64,000 nucleotides of DNA from the human T2T-CHM13v2.0 reference genome, Homo sapiens (GCF_009914755.1 NC_060927.1); one strand, 5' to 3'; positions 1-15,000 are shown, numbered from the stretch's first letter. Numbers and translations are program-made. The notes: generated from the sequence alone by a model not told the origin.

Positions 1-1934
1 GTTAGCTATCGTTATCCATTCATATCCCACTGTTATTTTATTGCAGGGTAAAAAAAATGATGCTTTCTTGCCCAAATGGTGGTGTTTTTATGTTGCCTAT
101 CATTTGGAAATCATTCACTTGGAATGGTAGACCTGGTAGTGGGGTCATCTTTGGAATCACCTAGACAGTTTTTTAAAATACTGATGCTTGTGTCCTACTC
201 CTAGAGATTCTGATTCAGTTGGTCTCCTAGGCATGTAGGAGAAGGAAATTTTTAAATGCTATGAAATGCTCTTAGTGGTTCCCAAAGTCTATCCCTGGAC
301 CAGCAGGCTTAGTATCACCTAGGAGCTTGTTTGCTGGAAACACAAATTCCCAGGCCCCACCCCAGACCTAGTGAATCAGTTACTTTGGGAATACAGCCCA
401 ACAAAATAAGCCCTCTGCATCATTTGATGTCCATGAAAGTCTGAAAACCATTGCTCTAAGGGAAGGCAGTGCCCTGCAAGACTGCTTCATCCTAAACACA
501 AGGCCCAAAGACTGATGCCAACCTACAGGGCTTATCTGTTCATTTACATGAGGCAATGTAGCTCTAGTATACTAGTCTCCCCTAGGGCCATAATATGCTG
601 TGACTTTATCAGTGCATCCTCTCCTAGGCCCAAGGAAAGCCGGGTCCTCATCAGAAGTTTCTTTATTAAATGTTAAAAGATATCAGCTGTCCTTTGCCTT
701 GGTTATGCTCCTTTTTCTCTGTTCCCACTATTCTGCCTATTTTCCCATAATCAACATAATCTTTCTCTGGTATTAATATACTTAAGGAGGTTTTAATTGA
801 TTTTTCCAGGCTATAGAGACACTCTGCACCTTCTAGGTGACTTTGTGTAACTCTGTTCTGATCCCTAATGTGAGGCTGTGGCACTCTCAGAGGGAGGGGT
901 ATTTCTTTTCCCCTCTTTCTTATAGAGGAACTCTCCATAGTGTCACATGCTTCAGCACCTGAGTCTTGCTCCTTGCTTCTGCTTCCTTATCCATCATTAT
1001 TTTCTTTTGAAAATAAAGAAATTTTGCATTAAACATTTGCCTTCCATGTTTATCCAAATTATGTGGAACTTTTGATCAGAAGATGCTTCCCTAAGCTTAC
1101 ACAATCTATCTTTCATCTGATTAAAGAGAAACACTATTGTAGCTCCTAGTGGAACAAATGCCATCTCTATGTCTATGCATTTTAACTTCTCACAGAAAAA
1201 ACACTGATGTTTTCCTCATTGGGTTGCATGTAACTACCCTCTAGGAAATCTAAACTAAAATTTTACAAATTCTTTTTATAATGTACTTATAAATAACTCC
1301 GCATCAGCTTTCAGCACTGAACAAGCAACAGAATCATCAAAACAAGGGCAAAAGAACAACAGCAGAGCATGAATGTGGGAGATGAAGCAGAAGAGAGATG
1401 ATGTAAGTGAGTTAGCAAGGAGGGAAGGTAGGTTCTGAAATCTAGGCTAAGGAGAAGCTATGCAGGCAAGTGTTACACTCAGTCTTGGTGATCAAGGCAA
1501 AAAGGGAAACACAACAAATTCCACTGCCCTATAGCAGGCTGTTAAGGGGGGCTTTTCCTATTGCTGCAGAGTTTCAGTTGATTCCTCAAAACCAAAAACA
1601 AGGGGTGTTATGTGCCCACTACACATTTTATGCAGGGTTGCTAGATCATCAACACTGACCTTGCTAAGCAGTGACCCTGAGCCCATCACCTACCTCAGGG
1701 GTGTGCAGCAGAGGGGAGGAGGTGAATGAGGAGGACTAGAGAGGGGGAATTTATTTCAAGAGAGTTGTCAGTATGCTGAGAACATGAATCATCCACTTCA
1801 AGTGAAGAGAGCCACTCAGAGAAGGTAGGATGTCTCCCAGGAGGAGAGACTGACAGCTTGCTTCCTGGCTGGATTTTTCAGAGCCCTAGAAATGGTTCAG
1901 CCTTAAGCCATCACAGGACTGAGACAGAATGTGA

Positions 1935-2381
1935 GGAGAGCAAGGGCTGAAAAACAACCTATTGTGTACTATGTTCATTGCCTGGGTGACAGATTCATTC
2001 CTACTTCAAACCTCAGGAGTGTATCATACAATATACCTTTGTAACAAGGCCGGGCGCGGTGCAATCCCAGCACTTTGGGAGGCTGAGGCAGGGGGATCAT
2101 GAGCTCAGGAATTAGAGACCAGCCTGACCAACATGGTGAAACCCCGTCTCTACTAAAAATACAAAAATTAGCCGGGCGTGGTGGCACGTGACTATAATCC
2201 CAGCTACTCAGGAGGCTGAGGCAGGAGTAATCACTTGAACCCGGGAGGCGGAGGTTGCAGTGAGCGGAGATTGCGCCACTGTACTCCAGTCTGGGTGACA
2301 GAGTGAGACTCTGTCTCAAAAAAAGAAAAAAAAATCTGCACATGCACCCCTGATTCTAAAATAAAAGTTGGAAAAAAAAAA
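1935..2381 (+). mobile_element. L1 (L1PB-like) 3' end fragment with nested Alu
   Basis: ctattgtgtactatgttcattgcctgggtgac...ctgcacatgcacccctgattctaaaataaaagttgg plus poly-A; flanking direct repeat agaatgtg. Confidence 0.7.
2048..2334 (+). mobile_element. AluS, small 5' deletion
   Basis: GGCCGGGCGCGGTG...TACTAAAAATACAAAAATTAGCC...poly-A. Confidence 0.93.
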
Positions 2382-4011
2382 GAATGTGGGCAGAAGGTTT
2401 TTAGGAGGACTAAGAACTCTCTGTCTTAAACGACCTGTGTCCCAAGAGTTTAGGAAAACAAAGACTGGAGGCTGAGTTTTATGATGCCTGTGATGTAATC
2501 TGATATGCTTCGACATAGGCAGGGTGATACTGTGTGTGTTTGCTAAGCTGTACTCTTACCCACACTCCAGAGGCAGCTACCATGAGGATATATAAGATTA
2601 TCTTTACCTTTGAGCAACACCAGAGGCTTTGCTAATCAGCATAATGAATACTTAAAATGGATTTCATGTTGTGAAATTAGCAGTATTCAAAATATTTGAA
2701 AGACTCTCCTCACACTTGCATGAATTGGGTATAGATTTAGGGGAGACTGCGGCATAAGCCCTTAAAGTCACCTAAAGCTTGATGCTTAAGTGATCCTATA
2801 ACCAGCAACTGGTTCAAAGGAATCTGGCTGTCTGATGCTCACCCTCTAGTTTATTTGAATCTTGCCTCTACAATATCATCATATTCGCCCTCAATTAACC
2901 TTTCATGCAAAGGAAAGGATCTTTCATGATAACCCAATAGCAGAATTATGGAGGAATAACCAACCCTCATCTTCCCTCTACATAGTAGCGGCTACTATTA
3001 TCTACCACAAAAAAATCCAATGGTCACAGCTGGCCAAAATGGCTTAGGACAGTTCATCACACTGAAGCTAACCTGAAAAAAATCTAAGTTGAGTGACAGC
3101 AGGAGCTGCCTGGGATTGAAGAGTGAAGGGGGGGCTGATTAAGTGAGCTGAGCACAGCAGAGAAAGGAGCTTAGCTTTGGGGTGTCATCTCAAAGGAGAC
3201 CCCACCCAAGGAGATAGCTGCAGGAGTGAGATGGCACCAACAGAAAACTGGGTTCTTGCAGGGGTAGTATTGATGTAGGAACTGAGGGGAGAGTTGTTAG
3301 GGGAACCGCCAGTGATTAGTTTGCCTTGCCAGAGAACTTTGTGGTTGGATGTCTCTGAAAGGCTCGCTGAGTGAAGAGCCACACACTGAGTCAATGAAGT
3401 CTTAGCTACCCCTTACCTCTCCTCCCTCCCATTTACCCTCTCCCACCCTCGAAGGAGCCAGAGGCAGCAGAGTGAGTGGCAGAGCAGTGGAAGAATAAGG
3501 AGGGAAACTAGTTAGGAAACTGACCATCTTGCTCCCCAGCACCTGCTCTTCATTTCTGTAGGCCTTGGGGCCTCATCAGGCCCAAATTAGGGCAGAAAAA
3601 AAGCTTTATATTGGATGAGACATTGAAGCTTTGATGGGAGACTGGACTGAACTTCCCAGACCAAAAATTAGATGTTTAGTAAAACCTGAAAGCGACCAGG
3701 AAAGCTTTGGAATATGCCTGGCATTTCATCCAGGAAAGTTGAAGAATAATTCAACAGAGTGAGCTTAAAAAGATGGCAATGAAAGAGAATTAAGTTGGTT
3801 ACTTTTTGTATCCAACCGGGTCCAACTTGATCGATCTTCTACAGGTTTCATTATTGAATGAAAGGGACTTAGTGTCTTTCCTGTAGTTTTTCAAATTATT
3901 TATTCTTATATCTCATTAAGTAAAAATCAGGGGGAGGGGGATGACTTAGTTTTCAAGCATGTTCTTTAAAACCACAAACTAGAGAGCAGTGGGGTGGGGA
4001 GGTGCAGGGAC

Positions 4012-4455
4012 ATGTATGGGTTCCCATTGGTGCTATAACAAATCACATAACAAAGCTTGGCAGGTCAGGATGGGTTTCACCGGGCTAACATCAAGGTGTA
4101 GGCCGGGCTGCATTCCTTCTGGAGGCTCTAGGGCAGAATCTGTTTCCTTACTTTCCAGCTTCCAAAGGCCACCTGCATTTCTCAGCTCATGGCCCCTTCC
4201 CCGCCAGCAGCAGGGTAGCATCTTCAAATTCCTCTCTGACCCTGGCTCCCCTGCCTCCTCCTTTCACGTAGAAGGACCCTTGTGATGACATTGGACTCCC
4301 CCAGTAATCCAGATAATCCAGAATAATCTTTTCATCTCAAGATACTTAATCACATTTGCAAAGTCCTTTTTGCTATATAGAGTAACACTGTATATTCACA
4401 AGTTTCAGAGATTGGGGAATGGACGTCTTTGGGGGACCAGTCCTCTGCCTATTAC
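4012..4455 (-). mobile_element. MLT1 (MaLR) LTR
   Basis: Typical MLT1 motifs: ccttctggaggctctagggcagaatctg; cacatttgcaaagtcctttt. Confidence 0.7.
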
Positions 4456-7400
4456 AGAAGAGGCCCAGGTGCATGAGCTGGGCCTGTGATTCACCTCTCA
4501 GAGAACACCCTCCCCCTTGCCTGTGGGTCAGCCAGGAATAATGGTGACGGAGAGGAAAGAGGCTCTGTGTAATCTTGGGGAAAGTACACAATCTGCCAGT
4601 ACTTCAGTTTCTTCATCTGTGAAATTATAGCCTTAGCTGTCCCTAAAGTCCCTTCCAAATCTAAGCCCTTTGCTCCTTTTATCTTTTGGCAAAATAAGCA
4701 TTTGAAGAAATCTGGCTATCTCAAGAACCCCAGCTGATCTTCTAATGCACACTGCCAGGCCTCCACCACCCCCGGGCCAAGAGGGAGTCTCTGACAGCTG
4801 AATTGTGGAAACCTCTGGGTGAGGCAAGCAGCCCTTTGCTTTCTCCAAGGAACAAAGAGGCACGAGGAAGGCACTGGTGGGAGGCTTGGGGTGAGAGGCC
4901 TCTCCACCAGGGCAATGAGTTATCCTGTCCCTTTCTACTGACTCACCACTGAAGGCCTTGGGCAATTGTGCCAGCCAGAATCACAGAAGTGGCTGCGAAC
5001 TCAGAGATAACAGAGTGGTCCAGGGAAGCCCCAGTGGACTGAGTCATGGCCAGGCTCTCACAGCCCTCTTCTCGAGTCAGCATCGACTCCCTGTGATCTC
5101 CCTGGAGCCTCAGACTCTCAGAAGAGCAGGTCTCAGAACACTGGAGATGAAAGGAACCTGAGACACCATGTCATAAGCCCTGCCCACCAACCTCCCTATC
5201 ATGTGACTTCTCGGGCTGGTTGTGTTTTTTTTTTCCCCAGCTACTCTGATAAATCACATTGTTTGGATGGCTGAGCTCTGTCTCTGGTCTGACTTTAAAA
5301 TTAAGGTTCACTTTGCCCCTCAACGCCATGGGTCCAGCTCTCAGGACTCCTCCAGGCTACCTTTACCTTCCATTTTTGAGGTAGTGTCATCTACCAGCAA
5401 GAGCTCTGAGCCATAAATCAGGAAACCAGGGCTTCCTGCTTCTGTCCTCTGACCAGACAGAAATGGAGCATTCACCAAGTCACATCATCTCTTTGGGACT
5501 CATCAGGGTTTGACTGTGTTTTCCCCAGAGTCCCTTCTAGTACCAACAGGAGAGGATCAGATCATCCTAAAAGCCCTCTTCAATTCTGAAGTCAGTCATC
5601 CTCTATCAGAGTTCCTGAACACAGCCAGGCTGGTTCTGCCGGGGATAGCCGTGGCTTGTGACTGCCATGCCTCTCCTCCTCCCAGGAAGGTACAGAATCC
5701 ACAGCCTCAGGAATGCCAGGCATTCTGCCAAGGGCGCCCTTCCTTTTCTCGGTCTGGTTTCTCAGTCTCTCTCTTCCCAATCTAGACTAGACTGTCACCT
5801 CCACTCACCAATCCCGTGGAGGGGTCAGGGGTGGGACGGAGGAGAGCCAGAAACGATGAACTGCGACTCTACTCCTCATCTGTGTGGCAGGCCTGTCATT
5901 CCTCCTCCAGTCGGGCCTGCCTAACTAGACCAGCACTGGGGTCACTCTGCGTGTGAGTGGGGAGGGATTCCTGCCTATCCAGTGACCCTGCTTAGTGGGT
6001 GGATGCCACCTCTGTCCCTGGAGCACCCGAAGCACCCAGGGGCCCCCACCTACCTGTTTCACTTCTCCAGGGCTTCCGTGTAAGGCCACCTCCCCCACCT
6101 CAGGCCTGGCCCCTCTTTGCTAAGGACTGCTTATCCCCAGGATGTTTTTGGCACCTTCTGGGCCACAAAGGTGCTTCCTGTAAAAGAACAAACCGCCCCA
6201 GGTTGCCTTTTGACACATCTATTTCAGGGTCAGTTGGCATCTTATGTTTCGCCTAAAAAACTGAACAATCTTTTTTCTCTCATCCAGTAAGAAAAGTCTT
6301 TTTTTTATTTTCACATGGGTTTATGCACCCCCTGCCCCCCACCTTTTCAGAAGGAGGCTCAATGCAAGTATCTGTGTTATAAACTAGCTTCCTACACTGG
6401 CCCTGCCCCTGCGCGGACTTAGCCTTCCTAAGAAGGGGCTCCTTTTCTCCTGGCATGTGCTCGGCTGCTGGAGAGAAAGGCCTATTGTTCTTCATGTGCC
6501 CAGTACACTCAGCCAGGCAACACGCTGGGTGTTCCTCCCAGGAGGTAGAAAACCGCCTCCCCAAGATCGGATCATTTTATACCTTGTGTTTTGTTTGGTT
6601 TTGTTTCTGGCCTTTCCTTCTTTGCTGTACCTCCTTCCCGAGCGCTCAGAGCCCATAGAGCACTTATTTCTTTCCGTTCCCTTTGCACAGTGAATTGCCT
6701 TTTGTATGCCTTTGATGTGATTGCTCAGCTTCCAAGGGAGGGGAACGAGTGTCTCGTCTCTCCCACCTAGAGGCTCGTGCTGCCTGTGGTCAGGAAGAGA
6801 GCGAACAAAGGCGTGCTTGGCCCCGAGGGAGGCTGGGGTAGGGCCCACGCGTGGAATGTAGGGTCTCTTCTGCCCAGAGGTGGAAAGTCGAGCAGTGCTT
6901 TGGGGTCTGCGGGGCTCTCCAGCGATGATTTGGGGTGCTCATGGCAGGGCTGAGCTGGGCAACAATATGAGGAGAGGTTTTGCTTCTTGGTCCCTGTCCC
7001 ATCTGCTTAGAGTATCCGGGTTGTCTGGGGCTCCGAGGGAGGAGCACTACAGCAGGAGCCAGGAATTCGCCTGCCTCTGCCACCGTGTGACCCCGCATGA
7101 CACTGACCCTCCCAGGGGGAGCCTCCCTTTCCTGGCCCTTGAGTGGGGCAATAACTCCTGCCCCACCCGCTGGCTTTCTGGGTCTCATGTGGTGAGGAGC
7201 AAACACGACACTCTCTGAGGAAACGCGGTGAGAAGCAAGAGCCCTTTGTGAGTCAGAGGTGGTGGCTGTTGCTGTCTTTCCCACTGTTTACCAGGCGCCC
7301 CCCACCCAATTTCCCGTGAGCATCTAGTGACCCCATGCTACCCCCTTGTGGCCAAAATGCGACTCATCATTCATTGCTGTGAAATTACCTTGCTATTAAA

Positions 7401-8064
7401 ATCGTAAGGAAAAATAAATAATGAAAGTAATTAATAATAATGAATATATAGTAATTAACCCAGACTGGAATACCTTTACTTTTCATCAATAAATCCATAA
7501 AATATAATTTTTAATACTTTTTGATGGAGGAAATGGCGCATGAAGAAAAAAGTGCTTAATGTGGGCCCAGACCCAAGGTGAGCGTGGGACTGAGGGCGCC
7601 CTTCCCGGCTACTACCCAGCTGCTGGCGGCGCCAGGGAGGCCTGCCCGAGGCCAGACGGTGGCCACTTGCCGAGGCTCCCCTAAAAGGTCCTATATGTCC
7701 CCAAGATGATGGGGCCAGGATGAGGAACAGGTGAGAAAGCACTTGGCCGCTCTTCCTCAGCTCTTTAAAATCTTTTCAGGTCCCTCAAGATTACAAAACA
7801 CTTTAATAGCTATCTTTTTCTTTACTGAGATAGAACCGGTTGTCTGGAGGCAAATTAGAGCTCCTGCATGTTGAAAAATAAGTGACCAATAACTGCGTGT
7901 TTCCTCGTTACAATCTCCTTCCTCAGACACAATCTCACCTTCCACTCACCACAGCCCTGAAGCAGAACTATCCTCGTTTTCAGACGAGGAACTTGGGGTC
8001 TGAGAGATCATATGCTGGTCAGATGGAGCAACAGCCTGAACCCAGGGATTCTGATATCAAACCC

Positions 8065-8392
8065 CTCACTTTTTTCTTTTCTTTTTCTGTTGGGGGGGGT
8101 GGTTGGGGGGACAGGGTCTCTCACTCTGTCACCCAGGCTGGAGAGCAGTGGTGTGATCACAGCTCACTGCAGCCTCACACATGTGGGCTCAAGCAATCCT
8201 ACCACCTCAGCCTCCAGAGTAGCTGGGACCACAGGCATGCACCACCACACCCAGCTAATTTTTGTATTTTTAGTAGAGACAGGGTTTCACCATGTTGCCC
8301 AGGTTGGGGTCGAACTCCTGAGCTCAATGAATCTGCCTGCTTTGCCCTCCCAAAGTGCTGGGTTTACAGGTGTAAGCCACCATGCCTGGCTC
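8065..8392 (-). mobile_element. Alu (J-like)
   Basis: Antisense Alu consensus. Confidence 0.9.
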
Positions 8393-10920
8393 CCCTTACT
8401 TCTTTTACTATGTGAAGGGCTTGGAGTTGAATACTGGGTGAACCCCAGCCCTGCAGAATGAGAACAGTCTATATGGAGAGGAGGAAATGCTGCAAAAAAT
8501 GTACCAAGACTTTTCCTTCCATACCTGTGGAATAAATCTAGTCAACAGTCATCCTCTAGTCACGATGAATAATCTCCTGGAAACTCATGCCTTTGACCTG
8601 GATAAGTGCTTTCCTTTTCCCTTCTCCTCTGGCAGAGATTCCTTCAGAATATTCGCCTCTCCAGATGTCTTCTTTACTTTCCCGATAGCCTATGCCCAGG
8701 TTTCTGAGGAGTTTCCTTTCAGACGTGGCTTCCTGGTGTTGTAACTGGGATGCAGTCTTGCCCTCTGTGTCCCTCCAGCCGCATGTCCTCCCTCTTTTCC
8801 TGAGAAGGCAGGGTCATGGACATCTAGAGACCCACTGCAGAAGTGAGAATTTTGTCGACTTAGTGCCAAGTATTGTCCTGCTTTGATGAAACCAATGAGC
8901 ACAACACTGAAGAGCTTGTGAGGGTCTGACAGTGGAGGAAGGCGCAGGTGGACAGGCACAGAAGAGCACCCCAGAAGACACCCCTAGAGCACCCCAGAAG
9001 ACAGTTGGACACCCCCTCTAAAATGCTGCTGGTTGCAGTACCAGGCATCCACAGAAGGGTTTCCAACACTCACAGTGCAGTGAAGTGACACACAGGCTCA
9101 CTTTCTTACCAATGAGGACCTGAGCCAGAGTGCAGAAAGCCTTCTTGCAGATCTTCCATGTCTGGGGTACACTAAGTGAGATCATATTTGTGTTCTTACA
9201 CTGTCTAGGAAAGCTCATAGTTCATAAACATCTCTTGTGTACCAGTCTCTGGCATTTTTTAATACATCATCTCATAAACATCAGGAAAACCCTCTGAGGT
9301 AAGGATTATTTGCCCTGTTTTGCATATTATTAAATTGAGGTTCAGAGAGGTTAATAGACTTGCCCAAGATAACAAAGCTATTTAGGAGAGTCAGGGCATG
9401 ATGTGAGCTCCAGAAAATGTTACACCCTTGAAACTATGGTTTGCCTGACCAAGGACACCTCTGGCCACTTTTCTGCTTTGGGGTGGGAGTCCCTTGCATC
9501 ACATTAGATGAGTGCATATGATCTTTCCATTGATTGCATTTATACATTGAGTGATCAGGTAACTTGGTTACACATGGATATGCCTGCACCCAGAATTGGC
9601 CATTGTGCCAGTTTCCTGCCCCCTTCTTCCACCACACACAAAGGCCAAGTCATGATTGTGTCAGTCCCTGTGGCCTCATTCGTCTGTCTGCCACAGATGT
9701 CTGAGCAGCTGTGGGGCAACTGACCAAGAACAGAGAGAACGTGGGCTTTGGAGCCAGGCAGGCTTGGATTTAAATTCTAACTGCCATATTTTCAGGAAAA
9801 ACTACCCAGATTCTAAGATGGGGATGGGGACAAGGAAAGGTGGAGAGGAAGTTAGAGTCAGAATCATGGGACCTCATCCTAGTTCTGAGAAGAGGAGGGG
9901 GCAGGTGCCAGGGCCACTGCCCTATGCCACCAGCCCTCTCCAGAACAATTGGGGCCCACTGCTGGTCACTGGCAACCCTCTGCTCAGAGGACACAATTTC
10001 AGGGGTCCAAAGAAGACTCCAGTGGTCTCCCAAATTCTCTCTTATACACTGATTTAAAACTCTTTTAAGGCCCTGGCCATAAGCTAAATGTAAACATCCC
10101 TGGAAAGTTTACAATGTGAGAGAAGCAGCATGGAGTTTGGGGGAGCACTTGCTGTGGAGCACAGTGGAATCCAATCTTTATACATGAGCAATAAGCCTCT
10201 GTCTTCTCATCTCTGACATATAATAGCTAATACTACAATAAGAATGGTTAACATTTCCCTCTAGCTATTCTAAATGCTTTTTATACATAAGTTAACTTCT
10301 TTAATGCTCACAATAGCCCAATTCCCATTTTGCTGGTGCAGTGGGCACATAGGTCCAATCCTCTGCCCAGGGTCACAACAGCTGGACTTTGAAGTGACGC
10401 AGTCAGGCAGCAGTGTCCCTGAGTGTCACCTCCACACCATTCTGGTACTTAGGAGAATAATGAGGCCTTCCTCTTAGGTATGAAGGCAGGATTAAGTGAG
10501 ACATGAATCTAAAGCTTCTGGCACAAAGCAAGGACTCAATTAATGCTCCTTTCTTTCCCTGGCTTTTTTCATTTGTGAGGAGACAGCTCCAGCCCACCTC
10601 TCTCAGCAAAGGTCTGCCTTGCATATATAAGTGCTCAGTCAATGTCTGAAGAATGGACGAAAGGGCAAACTTTGATAAGGTGAGTGGCAGGAGGTGAGGG
10701 GAGCATGAGAATAAGAGGTGTTGATAGGAGGCTGTCGGAGGGCTGTGGCTAAGTGCGGTGGTTTTCCTGGTGCCATTATGCTGCCTGGGGCCTTTCAGTC
10801 CATGATATGGGCTTTGGTGCCTTCCTGCCCCTTATAACATGGTGTAAACCTCAGAGCTCACCCAAAGTCCTGGAGTCCCAGGTGAAGACCAGCGCCAAAC
10901 TCAGCAGAGTGGTTCATGGC

Positions 10921-10954
10921 GTGTGTGTGTGTGTGTGTGTGTGTATTTGTGTGT
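10921..10954. repeat. (GT)n microsatellite
   Basis: Direct observation. Confidence 0.95.
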
Positions 10955-13900
10955 CATGAGAAACAGCACAGAGGTGACAGAAGCATTACTCTGACAGCCC
11001 CCTCTAGTGCAGAGAAAGGTTTGAGGCTACTCCTTGGTGGTGGCAGTGGTGTGGGGGTGGAGGGTGGGATGTAGGGGCCTAGTGTGGAGAAATAGGGCTG
11101 TTCTGTTCCAGGCCTAAGATAGCCCAGAGCCACAACCAAGTAGTGGCTGTCCCACCCCTACCCTGGCCTGTGTCAACCACTGGCAAATGGAAAGTGTCTC
11201 TTAGAATCCAGAAAGAGGTCTCTGTAGGGCCAGATATAGCCCAGGCCTCTGATGGAAGGTCTCCAAGCCATACTGGCCCAATTCAGCCATAATCTGGCTT
11301 CACCAACACAGGCTGTACAGGCAATGATTACTGAGGTGCATTCCTTTCTGTTTATCAAGATTCCATGGGCCAAGGCCAGGTGTACCCAGGCCAAAACAAG
11401 CAGACCTTGACCAGGCAACAAAGCAGTGCATTGGTTTCACCATGTTCTCTCTGAATGTCCCTCAGCTCAACTGATGCAGCATGATAGGGATGGTCTAGGG
11501 TGACAAACACGGACTGCCACACCCTGCTTATGCTTTAACTATTTCTGTTTATATGCACAGCCTTCATATCCAATGCAAAGTGAAACAAGGTGGTTTTTGC
11601 CCACAGAGTGGAGTTGCTGAATGTCAGTTGCTTGTATGTCTGGGGAGTGGTTATTTAAAAATCCTACCCACTGCTTCAGTTTGCTCTGCTCTTTATAAGT
11701 ACAGTCACAACCCAAGACTCCAGGAGAGATTAATCCGGTGTCCTTGTTCTGTTTCATTCCATGTGAACAGCTGAACTGGGCCTTTCTTGTTCGAGATTTG
11801 CAAAGGATAGTCAAGATCCTTCTTCAATCACTAGCATTTCAAAAGGGTTCTTGAAATGACAAAATGGTTCCTTTGCACTGTCGACATTTTCATCATCAAT
11901 GAATATTTATGAAGTGCCCACATGGAGGTTGCTTGCCAGTTCCGAACCCAGATAAGAGGGAAGGTTCTTTATTCTGTTGCAGAGGGGCGTTTAGTCAGTA
12001 AACTGCATTTCTTTTAACTTCTGAAAGCCTTCCTTTTTTCTGGGGAAAAAAATGTCATTTTGCTTTTGCAAATGAGAGAGTAAAGCTTTTGGCTATTGCG
12101 TAGTATTTCTTCAATTATTATTTGGGTTTCCAGACAGCACTTGTTTTCTGAAACCCTCAAATTGCCTCAAAGATATAATATCTTTGTGCTAAAAATACTT
12201 GTTAGTCAAACATTGGTTGAACTCATGACTTGTGGCACTCATGAATTCAAAAGATGGTTTCATTTTTTCCAAATCATTCTCTCCTTTTCATCCACTCCAT
12301 CCCAGAACAAATCATTCCGATAATGTATTGCTAGAATGACTCACAAGGGGAATCCATCACTGACCGGGTTTGTCCAAGGTCTTGCACTGACCTCTCATGG
12401 TGAGGAGAGCAGCAAGCTGTCCCCCACACTTGCAGGCTGTTATCTTGATGGGAATGAGAGCTGTTGGGCTGCTCTTCAGGAGCAGGAGGTAAGAACAGCC
12501 TGTGGGGTCCTGAATGGCCCCAGCGTCCTTGGGTACTAAATGCAATGCTATGTACTCCCCAGTGTAAAAAGCTTCCTGGTTGCATACTTGGCTTTTGCCT
12601 TCTGTTTGAGACACAGTGAGCCAGATTACTTCAACAAAGTCATTCCCTGGGAATTAGATGCTCAGAAAAGTACATTAACTTTTCATGTCTTGGCAAAGCT
12701 TTTAGCCACAGCAGGAGCTCCCTGAGTGAGGGGCTGGGTTTCTTTTACCTCAGTATTCTTGGAATCTGGCCCACTGCCTGACACATAGTAAATACTCCAT
12801 AAATACTTGTTAACTGACTTCAGTTAATAATTGTCATCGACAGTCATTGAGAGCACCTACCGTTTTGGGTCCCTGATTAAGACTAAGGATACAATGAAGT
12901 ATAACAAACAGTCCTGGCTCTGATTGGAGTCTAGTTGGCGAATCAGGCCAAACACGATAAATGACACTTGCCAGCATAGAGTGATGTGTTTTAATTGCTC
13001 AAGGAATAACACAGGCCATAAGGGGCACTAATGTTTAGGAAAAACAAGAGATCCACCTAGGACAAGATACCAGGGTCAGCCTTTCTGCTTGCTAGGAATT
13101 GGGCTATGCCTTTAAGGAAGAGATAATAGCAAGATGTATCAAGTACCTCCTACTCTGTGCTAATGTCTCTTTACATACATTACTGAATCTCACAACAATC
13201 ACACAAGGGAAATGTTTATCATTGTCAACCCACAGATGAAGAAACTCAGGCTCAGAGAGGTTAAGCAATTCTGTCCAAGGCCACATGGCCACTGAGTAGG
13301 AGGACTAGACTTCTAATGCAGGCCAGTTGAACTCCAGAACCCATGCCTCTTTCACCACCTCGGCCAAGGAGGAAAGACCTCAAACTTTATCAGCTACCTT
13401 GGGGCTTAATTTGAAGCAGCTTCCAAAGCAAGCTGACACTGCTTCTAGGAAGCAATAGCAAAGCAAGGAAAAGCTGACACCCTCAGGTTCTCTGAGCACC
13501 ACACTGAATGGGGTGGCAGGTGGAGCCACAGGGTTACTGGAGTTGATCTCTGGACCTGGACAGCTTGCAACCACAAGCAACGGGCTGGGTGCAGGTGTGG
13601 GTATGTGCATGACTCTGCTGGACAATTTCCCAGTAGCACACACGTGGCAAGCAGCGTCTACTGCTGAGCTCTAAAAGACTTTTGATGAGTTCAAACCTCA
13701 TTATGTGGATGCTTTGTAATGAGACCAGTCAGCCCGGGCTTGGTAGAGTGGTTAAGTATACAGACTCTGCAACAAACTAAATCCTGGCTCAATCACTTAC
13801 TAGCTGGGTGAAATCACCAACTCATGGGTTCCTCTCCCACCACACGGTTTTAGAAAGAGGTCAAATGAGTTAATATATGTGAAGCAGAATGGCATCTGGC

Positions 13901-14185
13901 ACATAGTGCTTATATAAATAAGGGTTGCTATCTATTCTTCTGCCAGCAGAATCTAGCAAAGGTATGTACCTTTAGAGTTATTGCCAAAGGTTCAAGTCTG
14001 GATTAAAGGCCTAAATGAGGCTTAAATGGATGTAGCTAAAGACATTAGTGTTCCTTTGTAAACAGACAAGCCTTTATTGTGTTCAGAATAAGGCTTGCCA
14101 GTCAGCTGAAGTAAAACTTAGAGCAAGATCTTGTATCACAGACAGCCAAAGAGTGACCTCTAGTGGCGTAGGTTCTTATTACTGA

Positions 14186-15000
<815 letters not shown>

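Noticed and set aside
1975-2343. Alu-derived ORFs (also 7882-8461, 14231-14544, 41981-42514, 53547-53906, 58218-58628)
   Set aside because: Typical Alu translations ([13 protein letters not shown]...) with no gene structure.
6280-7284. Several overlapping ORFs up to 164 aa
   Set aside because: GC-rich region with no recognisable domains or consistent exon structure; treated as putative regulatory DNA.
10622-10686. TATATAA followed by a strong AAG|GTGAGT donor, suggesting a short first exon
   Set aside because: The TATA-like stretch resembles a decayed L2 3' tail, and there is no other promoter evidence.
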